A DNA stretch of 64,000 bases from Dehalococcoidia bacterium. Its GTDB lineage: Bacteria; Chloroflexota; Dehalococcoidia; SM23-28-2; HRBIN24. Position numbers and translations under genes: made by a program. Positions 1-10,435 of this stretch are shown here, one piece after another; the stretch's first letter is position 1; each line of letters begins with the position of its first letter. The DNA lies in NCBI GenBank assembly GCA_035574155.1, contig DATLZD010000021.1, positions 72,608 through 136,607 of the forward strand, given 5' to 3'. Below the pieces are notes generated by a model. That model was not told the DNA's origin, did not search any database, and saw only the letters and a list, made by a program, of their open reading frames with translations.

Positions 1-378
1 CATCGCGGCGACGTGGTGGTCTTTCGGGCACCCGACGATTCGCGCCGCGACTTCATCAAGCGCATCATCGGCCTGCCGGGGGACACGGTGGCCATCGACA
101 ACGCCAGCGGCCGAGTTCTGGTGAACGGCCTGCCTCTGGAGGAGCCTTATGCGGTGGGGCGCACCCAGTGCACATCCACCCTCATGGGCTGTGGGCCGTG
201 GGTAGTCCCCCCTGGACACTACTTCGTGCTAGGCGACAACCGCGAGCAGAGCACCGATTCGCGCTTCTTCGGCTTCGTGCCCGAGGACAACATCATCGGC
301 AAGGCCCTCATCACCTATTGGCCGCCCGAGGACTTCGGGCTGGCCCCCAACCATTCGGTCTCCTTTGCCAGCCGGTAG
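1..378 (+). CDS. lepB: Signal peptidase I (LepB), C-terminal fragment; the 5' end lies outside the window
   Basis: ORF 13..378 is in frame from nt 1; C-terminal motifs YFVLGDNREQSTDSRFFGFVPEDNIIGKA match the S26 peptidase box E. Confidence 0.8.
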   Translation, partial: HRGDVVVFRAPDDSRRDFIKRIIGLPGDTVAIDNASGRVLVNGLPLEEPYAVGRTQCTSTLMGCGPWVVPPGHYFVLGDNREQSTDSRFFGFVPEDNIIGKALITYWPPEDFGLAPNHSVSFASR

Positions 379-832
379 GGAAGTGCTGGACCCCCAACAG
401 GAGCGGTTCATCTCCCGGCAACGGGTCGCCCGCCTCGCCACCGCCGATGCCGGTGGCCAGCCCCACGTGGTGCCGGTCTGCTTCGCCTATCTGGATGGGG
501 CCTTCTACACGCCCGTGGACGAGAAGCCCAAGCGCTCCCTGCGGCTCAAGCGTCTGCGCAACATCGCCCAGAACCCGCGGGTGGCCCTGCTGTTGGACGA
601 ATACGACGAGGACTGGTCACGTCTGGCGTGGCTGATGGTCCAGGGCGAGGCCGAGGTCCTGCAAGGAGGCCCCGAGCACCTGCGGGCGGTGGAGGAGCTG
701 CGCCGTCGCTACCCCCAGTACCGCTCGATGGCCCTGGAGTCGCGACCGCTGGTGCGCATCGTCCCGCTGCGGGTGCTCTCCTGGCGCGCCGAGGGGGGCA
801 GGGGCTGGGGCGCAGAGGGTGGGGCCCTTTGA
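365..832 (+). CDS. Pyridoxamine 5'-phosphate oxidase (PPOX) class, putative F420-dependent enzyme
   Basis: Motif RLATADAGGQPHVVPVCF fits the PPOX/F420-binding split-barrel family; the start is TTG at 365 (overlapping the lepB stop) or GTG at 383. Confidence 0.65.
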   Translation: MPAGREVLDPQQERFISRQRVARLATADAGGQPHVVPVCFAYLDGAFYTPVDEKPKRSLRLKRLRNIAQNPRVALLLDEYDEDWSRLAWLMVQGEAEVLQGGPEHLRAVEELRRRYPQYRSMALESRPLVRIVPLRVLSWRAEGGRGWGAEGGAL

Positions 833-864
833 CAGCCTCGGGCGCAGAGCGCCAAAATAGCACT

Positions 865-939
865 GGGCCCGTAGCTCAGCGGCAGAGCGGGGGACTTTTA
901 ATCCCAGGGCCGTGGGTTCGAATCCCACCGGGCCCTCCA
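865..939 (+). tRNA. tRNA-Lys (anticodon UUU)
   Basis: Cloverleaf readable by hand: acceptor gggcccg/cgggccc, anticodon loop cTTTTaa, T-loop ttcgaat, encoded CCA. Confidence 0.85.
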
Positions 940-1043
940 CGTTTTTCAAACGCGGGAAAACCCCCTCAGAAGCCCGCCTCCGGTTGTGCCACCGTTGTGC
1001 CGACCCGCAGCCCCCACCCGCCGGAAAGGAGCGGCCGCCGGGG

Positions 1044-2315
1044 TCAGAGCTTCCGGAAGTAGTCGCGGGCGGCCTTCAGGGCCTCCACCAGCGCGTCCAC
1101 CTCTTCCCGTGTGTTGTAGACGTAGAAGCTGGCACGCGCTGTGCCCCAAACCCCCAGCCTCCGCATGAGGGGCTGGTTACAATGGTGGCCCGTGCGGATG
1201 GCCACCCCGTAGCGGTCCAGGATGGTGCCCAGGTCGTGGGGGTGGATATCGGGAAAGTTGAAGGAGACGACCCCACCCCGGCGCTGGCCATCGCTGGGAC
1301 CGTAGACCACCAGCTCCTCGAACTGGCGCAGGCGGGAGAGGGCATACTCGGTCAGCTCCCGCTCGTGGGCACGGACCCTCTCCATGCCCAGCATCTCCAG
1401 GTAGTCGATGGCGGCGCCAAAGGCCACCACGTCGGCGATGTTGGGAGTCCCCGCCTCGAACTTCCAGGGCACCTCGTTCCAGATCGTCTCCTCCAACGTG
1501 ACCATGCTGATCATCTCGCCGCCGGACAGGAACGGCTCCATCTCCTCCAGCAGCTGGCGTCGGGCGTAGAGGACCCCGACGCCAGTAGGGCCCAGCATCT
1601 TATGGGCCGAGAAGGCCATGAAGTCGCAGCCCAGCTCTGAAACGTCCACCGGCATATGGGGGACGCTCTGGGCACCGTCCACCAGCGTCGTGATGCCCCG
1701 TCGCCGTGCCTCGGCCACCAGCTCCTGCACCGGGTGGATGGTCCCCACACCGTTGGAGACGTGACCGATGGCCAGAAAGCGGGTGCGCTCGTTCAGGTAA
1801 CGCTCCGGCCACCCCTCCAGGTCCAGGGACAGATCGTCGGTGACGCCTATCCAGCGCAGTCGGGCCCCCTTCTCCCTGGCCAGCCGCTGCCAGGGCACCA
1901 GGTTCGAGTGGTGCTCCATCTCGCTGAGGACTATCTCATCGCCCTCCCGGATGTTGGCCCGCCCCCAGGTGTAGGCCACCAGGTTGATGGCCTCGGTGGC
2001 GTTGCGGGTGAAGACGATGCACTCCGGGCCCGGCGCGCCGATGAACCTCGCCACCTTCTCGCGGGTGGCCTCGTAGGCAGCGGTGGCCTCTTCGCCCAGG
2101 CAGTGGATGGCACGGTGGATGTTGGCGTTGTAGCGCCGGTAGTAGTCGGCCAGGGCATCGATGACCTGCCGCGGCTTCTGAGAGGTGGCGGCGTTGTCCA
2201 GGTAGACCAGGGGCCGACCATGGACTTGGCGTTCCAGGATGGGGAAGTCCTGACGGATGCGGGCCACGTCCAGGCTGCCGTCGGGACGGACATAGGGGTT
2301 GTCGCCGCTAGCCAT
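1044..2315 (-). CDS. sufS: Cysteine desulfurase SufS (class V aminotransferase)
   Basis: 424 aa from MASGDNPY...; PLP-lysine motif SAHKMLGPTGVGVLY and active-site Cys in RTGHHCNQ; the ORF-track N-terminal extension overlaps sufD and is rejected. Confidence 0.9.
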   Translation of the reverse strand: MASGDNPYVRPDGSLDVARIRQDFPILERQVHGRPLVYLDNAATSQKPRQVIDALADYYRRYNANIHRAIHCLGEEATAAYEATREKVARFIGAPGPECIVFTRNATEAINLVAYTWGRANIREGDEIVLSEMEHHSNLVPWQRLAREKGARLRWIGVTDDLSLDLEGWPERYLNERTRFLAIGHVSNGVGTIHPVQELVAEARRRGITTLVDGAQSVPHMPVDVSELGCDFMAFSAHKMLGPTGVGVLYARRQLLEEMEPFLSGGEMISMVTLEETIWNEVPWKFEAGTPNIADVVAFGAAIDYLEMLGMERVRAHERELTEYALSRLRQFEELVVYGPSDGQRRGGVVSFNFPDIHPHDLGTILDRYGVAIRTGHHCNQPLMRRLGVWGTARASFYVYNTREEVDALVEALKAARDYFRKL

Positions 2316-2322
2316 CCTGTCC

Positions 2323-3654
2323 TCACTCGCCCGTGCGTAGTCGCGGCAGGGACTGGACCAGCAGCCGCTCCAAGTGGGAGCGCAGGGCCGGGAGCCGCAC
2401 CTCGTCCAGGACCGTTGCCGCGAATCCCTTGATGAGCAGCGTCTGCGCCAGCACCGGGTCGACCCCGCGCGAGAGCATGTAAAAGAGGGCCTCCTCGGCC
2501 ACGGCACCGGCTGCCGCCCCATGGCCGCACTTGACATCGTCGGCGTAGATCTCCAGGGCAGGTTTGGAGTCCACCTCTGCCTCGCGGGAGAGGAGGAGGT
2601 TCTTGTCCTCCTGCTCGGCGTCGGTCTTCACCGCCCCCGGTCGCACATAGACCGTGCCGCCGAAGATGGCGTGGGACCGCCCGTCCAGCACGCCCCGGTA
2701 GAATAGGCGGCTGGTGCAATGGGGCTTGATGTGGTCTATGTTGATGTAGTTGTCCAGGTGCTGGCGGCCGGTGGTGACGTAGAGGCCATGAAGATAGGCC
2801 TCGCTCCCCGGGCCGTCCAGGTCCACCCGCACGTCGTTGCGGCCGATGCCGCAGCCACGCCCGAAAAAGACCGAGAGCAGGTGGGTGTCCCGCTCCTGGT
2901 AGAAGCGGGCCTGCCCCACGTGGTAGGCCCCCTCTCCCTCCAGCAGCAGGTGGTAGTGCTCCAGGGACGCCCCCTCGCCCAGGTAGAACTCGCGCACGGC
3001 GCTGGTCAGGTAGACACCGTCGTCCAGCCCCAGGTAGGACTCCACCAACCGCAGCCGGGCCTGGCGGCCCAGGACCACCAGCAGCCGCGGATAGTGGACG
3101 TACGGCTCTGGGGACGGGGGCGAGACGAAGACCAGGTGCAACGGACGCTCGGGTTCGGCGCCGTCAGGAACCACCACCAGGGCACCGTCCTGGAAGAGGG
3201 CGGTGTTGAGGGCGGTGAAGGCGTCGTCCTGGTAGCCTGCATAGCGGGCGAGGTGCCGCTGCAGCAGCCCCTCTTCCTCCGTCAGGGCCTGAGCGAGGGG
3301 GAGGACGCGGACGTCCTCTCCCGCTGTTGGTGGGTGGGACAGCTCCGGCCGGTAGCGACCGCCCACGAAGACCGCCCTGCGCCAGGTGGGGCGCCAGGGC
3401 AGGAAACGCCTCAGGCTGTCCAACGAAAGGGCAGGGCGAGCCGGTGGGTCCCCGAAAGGTGTGCGGGCGATGGGCGCCACGTCCGTATACTTCCAGGGCT
3501 CGTTCCCGCGGCGGGCCGTGGGGAAGCCCAGGTCGAGGAAACGCCCTAGGGCCTCCCGCCTCAGCCCCATGAGCCATTCGGGCTCCCGACGGGCCGCTTC
3601 CAGCTCGCGGAAGCGGCGGGCATAAGTCTCGTATATGGGCGGCGCCTGCGTCAT
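2323..3654 (-). CDS. sufD: Fe-S cluster assembly protein SufD
   Basis: 444 aa from MTQAPPIYE...; SufB/D family C-terminal beta-helix region; sits between sufC and sufS. Confidence 0.85.
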   Translation of the reverse strand: MTQAPPIYETYARRFRELEAARREPEWLMGLRREALGRFLDLGFPTARRGNEPWKYTDVAPIARTPFGDPPARPALSLDSLRRFLPWRPTWRRAVFVGGRYRPELSHPPTAGEDVRVLPLAQALTEEEGLLQRHLARYAGYQDDAFTALNTALFQDGALVVVPDGAEPERPLHLVFVSPPSPEPYVHYPRLLVVLGRQARLRLVESYLGLDDGVYLTSAVREFYLGEGASLEHYHLLLEGEGAYHVGQARFYQERDTHLLSVFFGRGCGIGRNDVRVDLDGPGSEAYLHGLYVTTGRQHLDNYINIDHIKPHCTSRLFYRGVLDGRSHAIFGGTVYVRPGAVKTDAEQEDKNLLLSREAEVDSKPALEIYADDVKCGHGAAAGAVAEEALFYMLSRGVDPVLAQTLLIKGFAATVLDEVRLPALRSHLERLLVQSLPRLRTGE

Positions 3655-3685
3655 GCTGCTGCTCTCGCTGCCCACGGCGTGGGCC

Positions 3686-4486
3686 CTATTCGCGACGCCC
3701 CGCCTCGGCGGCCTGCCTGAGCCACTCGTAGCCCTTGGCCTCCAGCTCCTGGGCCAGCTCCCTGCCTCCCGAGGCCACGATGCGCCCGTCGATGAGGACA
3801 TGCACGAAGTCGGGCTGGACGTAGTTCAGAATACGCTGGTAGTGGGTCACCAGCACGATGGCCTTCTCGGGGCCACGGAACTGGTTGATGCCCTGGGCCA
3901 CCACCTTGAGGGCATCGATGTCCAGGCCTGAATCAGTCTCGTCTAGGAGGGCCAGGGTGGGGTCGAGCAGCAGCAGCTGCATGATCTCGTGGCGCTTCTT
4001 CTCGCCACCCGAGAAGCCCTCGTTGACGTTGCGCTTCAGGAACTCAGCGTCCATGCCCATTTGCCGCAGCTTCTCCTGGACGAGGCGGTTGAAGTCCCGC
4101 ACTGAGAGCTTCTCCAGGCCGCGGTGCTCTCGCACCGCGTCCAGGGCCGCCCGCAGGAACTCCCGCAGGCGCACGCCGGGCAGCTCCACAGGGTATTGGA
4201 AGGCGAGGAACACACCTTCCCGCGCCCGCTCATCGGGCGTCATGGCCAGGAGGTCGCGGCCGCGGTAGATAGCCTCGCCCCCCAGGACCTCGTAGTCGGG
4301 CTTGCCCGCCAGGACGTTGACCAGCGTGCTCTTGCCGGAGCCGTTGGGCCCCATGATGGCGTGGACCTCGCCCAGGTGGACCGTCAGGTCCACCCCCTTG
4401 AGGATCTCCACGTCTCCGATGCCGGCCCGCAGGCCCCGCAGGACGAGGACAGGCTCCTTGCCGTCGCTGGCCATGGTCCCACCCAT
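3686..4486 (-). CDS. sufC: Fe-S cluster assembly ATPase SufC
   Basis: Walker A GPNGSGKST, ABC signature FSGGEKKR and Walker B LALLDETDSGLD; start is ATG 4486 (TAATG overlap with the sufB stop) or ATG 4474. Confidence 0.9.
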   Translation of the reverse strand: MGGTMASDGKEPVLVLRGLRAGIGDVEILKGVDLTVHLGEVHAIMGPNGSGKSTLVNVLAGKPDYEVLGGEAIYRGRDLLAMTPDERAREGVFLAFQYPVELPGVRLREFLRAALDAVREHRGLEKLSVRDFNRLVQEKLRQMGMDAEFLKRNVNEGFSGGEKKRHEIMQLLLLDPTLALLDETDSGLDIDALKVVAQGINQFRGPEKAIVLVTHYQRILNYVQPDFVHVLIDGRIVASGGRELAQELEAKGYEWLRQAAEAGRRE

Positions 4487-5952
4487 TAGCCCACGGTGCC
4501 CTCGAGGCTCACCCGCAGCAGCTGTGAGACCTCCATGGCGAACTCGAAGGGCAGCTCCTGGAAGACCCCGCGGCAGAAGCCGTGCACGATCATGTACTGG
4601 GCCTCCTCCTCGCTGATGCCGCGGCTCATCAGGTAGAAGAGCTGCTCGTCGGAGATCTTGGAGGTGGTGGCCTCGTGCTCGATGCGGGCGGTGGGGTTGC
4701 GCACCTCGAGATAGGGGACCGTGTGGGCGGCGCACCTGCTGCCGATGAGCAGCGAATCGCAGCGGGTGAAGTTGCGGGCACCGTCGGCGGTGGGCATGAT
4801 CTTCACCAGGCCACGGTAGGTGTTCTGGCCGTGGCCCGCCGAGATGCCCTTGGCCACAATGGTGCTGCGTGTGTTCTTGCCGATGTGGATCATCTTGGTG
4901 CCGGTATCGGCCTGCTGGTAGTTGTTGACCAGGGCCACCGAGTAGAACTCGCCCACCGAGTTGTCGCCCCGCAGGATTACGCTGGGGTACTTCCACGTGA
5001 TGGCCGAGCCCGTCTCCACCTGGGTCCACGAGATCTTGGAGTTCCTGCCCAGGCAGATGCCCCGCTTGGTCACGAAGTTGTAGACGCCGCCGTGCCCCTC
5101 CTTGTCGCCCGGGTACCAGTTCTGGAGGGTGGAATACTTGATCTCGGCGTCCTCCAGGGCGATGAGCTCCACCACGGCAGCGTGGAGCTGGTGCTTCTTG
5201 CGGATGGGCGCCGTGCACCCCTCCAGGTAGCTGACATAGGAGCCACGGTCGGCGATGATGAGGGTCCGCTCGAACTGCCCCGCCTCGGCCTCGTTAATGC
5301 GGAAGTAGGTCATCAGGTCCATGGGGCAACGCACACCCGGCGGGACGTAGACGAAAGTCCCATCGGAGAAGACGGCCGAGTTGAGGGCGGCGTAGAAGTT
5401 GTCGGTGTAGGGCACCACCGAGCCCAGGTACTTGCGCACCAGCTCAGGGTGCTTCTGGATGGCCTCGGAGATGGGACAGAAGATGATGCCCAGCTCCTCC
5501 AGCTTCTTCTGGAAGGTGGTGGCCACCGACACCGAGTCCAGCACGGCGTCTACCGCCACCCCCGCCAGCCGCTTCTGCTCCTCCAGGGGGATGCCCAACT
5601 TGTCGAAGGCCCGCTTCAGCTCAGGGTCGATGTCGTCCAGGGTCTTGGGCCGGTCGCCGTCTCGGGAGAGGGGCGCCGCGTAGTACACGATGTCCTGGAA
5701 GTCGATGGGCGGGTGGTAGATCTTGGCCCACTTGGGCTCCACGTAGTCCAGGGACCGCCAGTAGCGGTAGGCCCGCAACCGCCATTCCAGCATCCACTCG
5801 GGCTCTTCCTTCTTGCGGGAGATCAGCCGGATGATGTCCTCGCTGAGGCCCTTGGGGGCCACGTCGGCGGGCACCGGGATGACGAACCCCCACTTGTACT
5901 CCTTCTCCTCGATGCCCGTCTCGCGGGATATGACCTTGCGCGCTGGCGGCAT
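4486..5952 (-). CDS. sufB: Fe-S cluster assembly scaffold SufB
   Basis: 488 aa from [19 protein letters not shown]...; start chosen at ATG 5952, which has the strong SD GAGGAGG 6 nt upstream. Confidence 0.9.
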   Translation of the reverse strand: MPPARKVISRETGIEEKEYKWGFVIPVPADVAPKGLSEDIIRLISRKKEEPEWMLEWRLRAYRYWRSLDYVEPKWAKIYHPPIDFQDIVYYAAPLSRDGDRPKTLDDIDPELKRAFDKLGIPLEEQKRLAGVAVDAVLDSVSVATTFQKKLEELGIIFCPISEAIQKHPELVRKYLGSVVPYTDNFYAALNSAVFSDGTFVYVPPGVRCPMDLMTYFRINEAEAGQFERTLIIADRGSYVSYLEGCTAPIRKKHQLHAAVVELIALEDAEIKYSTLQNWYPGDKEGHGGVYNFVTKRGICLGRNSKISWTQVETGSAITWKYPSVILRGDNSVGEFYSVALVNNYQQADTGTKMIHIGKNTRSTIVAKGISAGHGQNTYRGLVKIMPTADGARNFTRCDSLLIGSRCAAHTVPYLEVRNPTARIEHEATTSKISDEQLFYLMSRGISEEEAQYMIVHGFCRGVFQELPFEFAMEVSQLLRVSLEGTVG

Positions 5953-5994
5953 ATGCAGGCCTCCTCGGGGCCAAGGGGCAGGCATTTTGGCAAC

Positions 5995-6010
5995 ATTTGA
6001 CTGTCCAAAT
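5995..6010. promoter_or_regulatory. AT-rich inverted repeat ATTTG-N6-CAAAT in the sufB 5' region; candidate operator
   Basis: Read directly in the sequence about 45 nt upstream of the sufB start; unusually AT-rich for this genome. Confidence 0.25.
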
Positions 6011-6083
6011 CTCCCTTAGCCCAGCACAAGTGTAGCACAGGCCCAATGGGGGCGCAAGGGGTGCAGCGGAGCCCCAGGCCCCG

Positions 6084-6112
6084 TTGACGGTGGAGACGGC
6101 AGGTGGTAGAGT
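6084..6112 (+). promoter_or_regulatory. Sigma-70-like promoter TTGACG-17-TAGAGT driving the T-box leader
   Basis: Hexamers with a 17-nt spacer, placed just upstream of the predicted Stem I. Confidence 0.4.
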
Positions 6113-6114
6113 TT

Positions 6115-6420
6115 TGAGCACAAGCGCATATCGGAAAGGCTGCGAACGGGGATAGTAGCCCGCAGGGCAGGGCCCAGAGAGCCGGGGGAAGGTGCGAGCC
6201 CGGTGCTACTGCGGCGGGTGAATGGGCCCGGGAGCTGCCTGCCCAACGGGGCGCCCAGGCGCCCCTAGTAGGCCAGGACGGAGGGGCACCGTTATCGGCC
6301 CAGGGCGCGGAGTCCGGCATGCTCGGCCGCGCCCGTAACGAGTGCCCGCCCCAGCGGCGGGAACTAGGGTGGCACCGCGGGAGGCCCCTCGCCCCTAGAG
6401 GCGAGGGGCCTTGCAGTTGT
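6115..6420 (+). promoter_or_regulatory. T-box riboswitch leader, Trp-specific (UGG specifier), upstream of trpB2-trpS-trpE
   Basis: Canonical T-box sequence AACTAGGGTGGCACCGCGG at ~6362-6380 (UGGC pairs with NCCA, discriminator G); perfect 10-bp terminator hairpin GGCCCCTCGC/GCGAGGGGCC at 6383-6410 followed by UUGCAGUUGU; AG-box-like CAGAGAG at ~6175; AGTAGC/GCTACT helix; candidate specifier gaaTGGg at ~6223. Confidence 0.55.
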
Positions 6421-6441
6421 CGGGGGAGCAGGAGGAAGGAC

Positions 6442-7800
6442 ATGGACCGCTACAAGTTCATACTGGACGAGAAGGACCTGCCCACCCACTGGTATAACGT
6501 CATCGCCGATATGGGGCCGCCGCCACCGCCCCTCGACCCGCGCAGCGGCCAGCCGGTTCCGCCGGAGGCCCTGGCACCCCTGTTCCCCAAGGCCCTCATC
6601 GCCCAGGAGGTCTCGGCCGAGCGCTGGGTCGCCATCCCGGACGAGGTGCGGGACGTCTACAGGCTGTGGCGCCCGACGCCCCTCTACCGGGCCAAGCGGC
6701 TGGAGCAGGCCCTGGGCACGCCTGCCCGCATCTACTACAAGTATGAGGGCGTCTCGCCCGCCGGCTCCCACAAGCCCAACACGGCGGTGGCCCAGGCCTA
6801 TTACAACAAGGCCGAGGGCGTCCGCCGTCTGACCACCGAGACCGGCGCCGGCCAATGGGGCTCGGCCCTGGCCATGGCCTGCGCCTTCTTCGGCCTGGAG
6901 CTGAAGGTCTACATGGTCAAGGTCTCCTACCACCAGAAGCCCTACCGCCGGGTCCTGATGGAGACCTGGGGCGCGCAGGTGGTCCCGAGTCCCAGCCCCG
7001 ATACCCAGGCCGGCCGCCAAGTGCTGGAACGCGACCCCGAGTCGCCCGGCTCCCTCGGCATCGCCATCTCCGAGGCGGTGGAGGACGCTGCCACTCGGGA
7101 CGACACCAAGTACTCCCTGGGGTCCGTCCTCAACCATGTGCTCCTGCACCAGACGGTGATGGGCCTCGAGGCGATGCGCCAGATGGAGATGGCCGGCGAC
7201 TACCCCGATGTGGTCATCGGCTGCGTGGGCGGCGGCTCCAACTACGGCGGCCTCTGCCTGCCCTTCGTGGGGGAGCGGCTCCGCTCGGGCCGGAAGACGC
7301 GCTTCGTGGCCGTGGAGCCCGAGGCATGCCCCTCCCTCACTCGGGGGCAGTACACCTACGACTTCGGCGACACGGCCGAGACGACGCCCCTGCTGAAGAT
7401 GCACACGCTGGGGCACAGCTTTATACCGCCCTCCATCCACGCTGGCGGCCTGCGCTACCACGGCATGGCCCCCATCATCTCCAAGCTGGTAGCCGACGGC
7501 GTCATGGAGGCGCGGGCCTACCACCAGACGAGGGTCTTCGAGGCAGCCGTCCAGTTCGCCAGGGCCGAGGGGATCGTCCCGGCACCCGAGTCGGCGCACG
7601 CCATCCGCGCCGCCATCGATGAGGCCCTGGCCGCCCGGGAGGCAGGGGAGCGGAGGGTCATCCTGTTCAACCTTTCGGGCCATGGACTGCTGGACTTGGG
7701 GGCCTATGACCAGTTCCTGTCGGGCAAACTGGAGGACTACGCCTACCCCGAAGAGAGGGTGAGGGAGGCCCTGGCCGGCCTCCCCCGGGTAGGCCAGTAG
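6442..7800 (+). CDS. trpB: Tryptophan synthase beta-like protein, TrpB2 clade
   Basis: 452 aa from [19 protein letters not shown] (a typical TrpB2 N-terminus); PLP-fold motifs GSHKPN and GGGSN; SD GGAGGAAGG upstream. Confidence 0.85.
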   Translation: MDRYKFILDEKDLPTHWYNVIADMGPPPPPLDPRSGQPVPPEALAPLFPKALIAQEVSAERWVAIPDEVRDVYRLWRPTPLYRAKRLEQALGTPARIYYKYEGVSPAGSHKPNTAVAQAYYNKAEGVRRLTTETGAGQWGSALAMACAFFGLELKVYMVKVSYHQKPYRRVLMETWGAQVVPSPSPDTQAGRQVLERDPESPGSLGIAISEAVEDAATRDDTKYSLGSVLNHVLLHQTVMGLEAMRQMEMAGDYPDVVIGCVGGGSNYGGLCLPFVGERLRSGRKTRFVAVEPEACPSLTRGQYTYDFGDTAETTPLLKMHTLGHSFIPPSIHAGGLRYHGMAPIISKLVADGVMEARAYHQTRVFEAAVQFARAEGIVPAPESAHAIRAAIDEALAAREAGERRVILFNLSGHGLLDLGAYDQFLSGKLEDYAYPEERVREALAGLPRVGQ

Positions 7801-7813
7801 TCGGCGCCAGGAG

Positions 7814-8917
7814 GTGGCGAGCGTGAGTGGTGAGAGGACGGCGCTGCAGGAGGCGGGGCTCCCGCCGCCTCCCCGCCTGTGGGAGATGAACCTGGACCTG
7901 GAGGTGAAGCCCACCTGGCGGAGAATGCTCACCGGCGACCGGCCCACCGGCCCCCTGCACCTGGGCCACTACGTGGGGTCCCTGCGCTACCGCCTGGCCC
8001 TCCAGGACAAGATAGAGTGCTTCATCATCATCGCCGACCTGCATGTCCTCACCACCCGCACCGAAAGGCTGCAGGAGCTCGAGGCCAACGTCCGGGAGGT
8101 GGTGCTGGACTACTTGGCGGTGGGTATCGACCCCCAGAAGACCACCATCTACCTCCAGTCGCTGGTGCCGGAAGTGCTGGAGATCATGTGGCTGTTCATG
8201 AGCCTGGTGAGCGTGCCCCGTGCCCAGCGGATCCCCACCCTTAAGCAGGCGGTGCGCGACCTTCAGTTGGAGTCGGCATCGGTGGCCCTCCTTTCTTACC
8301 CCATCCTCCAGGCGGCGGACATCCTGATGGTGAAGGGTGACGTGGTGCCGGTGAGCAAGGACAACGCCTCCCACATCGAGCTGACCAGGGAGATAGCGCG
8401 GCGCTTCAACCGCCTCTATCGCCCTATCTTCCCGGAGCCGGACTCGCCCATCGGCCCCCTGCTGGTGGGCTTGGACGGGCAGAAGAAGGCGTCCAAGTCC
8501 CTGGGCAACGTCATCCTGCTGTGCGACGACGCGGACACGGTGCGGCGCAAGGTGCGCAGCATGTTCACGGACCCGCGGCGCATCCGCGCCGACATCCCCG
8601 GCCGCACCCGCGGCAACCCTGTCTTCATCTACCACGACTTCTTCAACGACGACCGGGCGGAGGTCGAGGACCTGAAGCAGCGCTACCGCCGTGGCAAGGT
8701 GGGGGACGTGGAGGTCAAGGAGAAGCTGACCAGGGCCATCAACCGCTTCCTGGACCCCATCCGCGAGCGACGGGCCTACTTCGCGGCCCGCCCCAGGCTC
8801 ATCGAGGAGATCGTCCACGAGGGGTCGCGGCGGGCGCGGGCCGAGGCCCAGCAGACGCTACGGGAGATGCGGGAGGCCATGGGCCTGACCCACTTCCGCC
8901 AGGAGGGGGCACCCTGA
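7814..8917 (+). CDS. trpS: Tryptophanyl-tRNA synthetase
   Basis: HIGH-type motif TGDRPTGPLHLGHYVGSL and KMSKS-type KASKSLG; GTG start at 7814 or 7823 after AGGAGG. Confidence 0.85.
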   Translation: MASVSGERTALQEAGLPPPPRLWEMNLDLEVKPTWRRMLTGDRPTGPLHLGHYVGSLRYRLALQDKIECFIIIADLHVLTTRTERLQELEANVREVVLDYLAVGIDPQKTTIYLQSLVPEVLEIMWLFMSLVSVPRAQRIPTLKQAVRDLQLESASVALLSYPILQAADILMVKGDVVPVSKDNASHIELTREIARRFNRLYRPIFPEPDSPIGPLLVGLDGQKKASKSLGNVILLCDDADTVRRKVRSMFTDPRRIRADIPGRTRGNPVFIYHDFFNDDRAEVEDLKQRYRRGKVGDVEVKEKLTRAINRFLDPIRERRAYFAARPRLIEEIVHEGSRRARAEAQQTLREMREAMGLTHFRQEGAP

Positions 8918-8943
8918 GCGTCTACTGGCCGTCGCTGGCCCAA

Positions 8944-10419
8944 GTGGAGGCGCTGGCCCGGGAGGGCAGGGGTAACTTGTGCCCCGTCCTGCGGGAGGTG
9001 CCCGCTGACCTGGAGACGCCCGTCTCGGCCTTCCTCAAGGTGGCCCGGGGCGCCTATTCCTTCCTCCTGGAGTCGGTGGAGGGCGGCGAGCGGCTGGCCC
9101 GCTACAGCTTCATCGGCACCGAGCCCTATCGGGTGCTGCGCCAGGGCCCCTATGCCCACCCCTGGGACGGGTCTGACCCGCTGCGGGAGGTGGAGTCGGA
9201 GCTGTCCCGCTTCCGCCTGGCCCTGCCGTCGGAGGGGCCGGCGCCGGCCCTGCCCAGCTTCACCGGCGGCGCCGTGGGTTACCTGGCCTGGGAGTGCGTG
9301 CGCCATTTCGAGCCGCGGGTGCCCATCCGCCATGAGGACCCGCTGGGAGTCCCCGAGGCCCTGTTCCTGTTCGTGGACACGCTGCTGGTGTTCGACCACC
9401 TGCGCCACGTGGTGAAGGTGGTGTCCCATTGCCGGCTGGACGGGGAGGTGGCAGCCAGCTACCGGCAGGCCTGCTGGCGAATAGAGGAGCTGGTAGCGAG
9501 GCTGTCGCGCCCGCTGCCCTCCCAGCCCTACGCCGTGCGCAGGGGGGCCGCCCCGACCGGCACCGCCTCCAACGTGGACCGGGAGGCCTTCCTGTCCATG
9601 GTGGAGCAGGCCCGGAGATACATCGTCGCGGGCGATGTCATCCAAGTGGTGCTGTCCCAGAGGCTGTCGCGGCCCACCGCCGCCCACCCCTTCTCCATCT
9701 ACCGCGCGCTGCGGGCCGTGAACCCATCGCCCTACATGTATTACCTGCACCTGGGCGACTTCCAGGTCATAGGGGCCTCGCCGGAGATGCTCGTGCGGGT
9801 GGAGGGCGGGGAAGTGGTGACCCACCCTATCGCCGGCACCCGGCGCCGCGGTCGGACGCCCGAGGAGGACGCTGCCCTGGAGGAGGAGCTGCGGGCCGAC
9901 GAAAAGGAGCGGGCCGAGCACCTGATGCTGGTGGACCTGGCCCGCAACGACATCGGGCGGGTGGCCCTGCCCGGAACGGTGCGGGTGCCCCAGTTCATGG
10001 AGGTGGAGCGCTACTCCCACGTGATGCACCTGGTCTCCCACGTGACAGGCCGGCTTCGTCCCGACCTGACCTGCTACGATGCCCTGCGTGCCTGCTTCCC
10101 AGCCGGCACCGTCTCCGGGGCGCCCAAGATAAGGGCCATGGAGATCATCGCCGAACTGGAGCCTGACCGGCGCGGGCCTTACGCTGGAGCCGTGGGTTAC
10201 TTCGACTATTCGGGCAACATGGACACGGCCATAACCATCCGCACCGTGGTGCTGAAGGACGGCGTCGCGTCCGTGCAGGCGGGGGCCGGCATCGTCTATG
10301 ACTCGGTGCCGGAGCGGGAGTACGAGGAGACCCTGAACAAGGCGGCCGCCCTGCTGACAGCCATCGAACGGGCCGAGGCAGCGGAGGAGGCGATGGTCAC
10401 CGGCAGCCTGGGGTACTGA
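8944..10419 (+). CDS. trpE: Anthranilate synthase component I (TrpE)
   Basis: Chorismate-binding family motifs (LLESVEGGE...; [13 protein letters not shown]); start uncertain: GTG 8944 or CTG 8914 (the latter has GGAGG 7 nt upstream); must begin after the trpS stop. Confidence 0.8.
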   Translation: MEALAREGRGNLCPVLREVPADLETPVSAFLKVARGAYSFLLESVEGGERLARYSFIGTEPYRVLRQGPYAHPWDGSDPLREVESELSRFRLALPSEGPAPALPSFTGGAVGYLAWECVRHFEPRVPIRHEDPLGVPEALFLFVDTLLVFDHLRHVVKVVSHCRLDGEVAASYRQACWRIEELVARLSRPLPSQPYAVRRGAAPTGTASNVDREAFLSMVEQARRYIVAGDVIQVVLSQRLSRPTAAHPFSIYRALRAVNPSPYMYYLHLGDFQVIGASPEMLVRVEGGEVVTHPIAGTRRRGRTPEEDAALEEELRADEKERAEHLMLVDLARNDIGRVALPGTVRVPQFMEVERYSHVMHLVSHVTGRLRPDLTCYDALRACFPAGTVSGAPKIRAMEIIAELEPDRRGPYAGAVGYFDYSGNMDTAITIRTVVLKDGVASVQAGAGIVYDSVPEREYEETLNKAAALLTAIERAEAAEEAMVTGSLGY

Positions 10420-10435
10420 AGCGGAGGACAGCACG

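Noticed and set aside
5823-6443. 206-aa minus-strand ORF spanning the sufB upstream region and T-box leader
   Set aside because: It overlaps a region with clear T-box RNA features and two promoters. It has an Arg/Pro/Gly-rich composition typical of spurious high-GC frames and no RBS.
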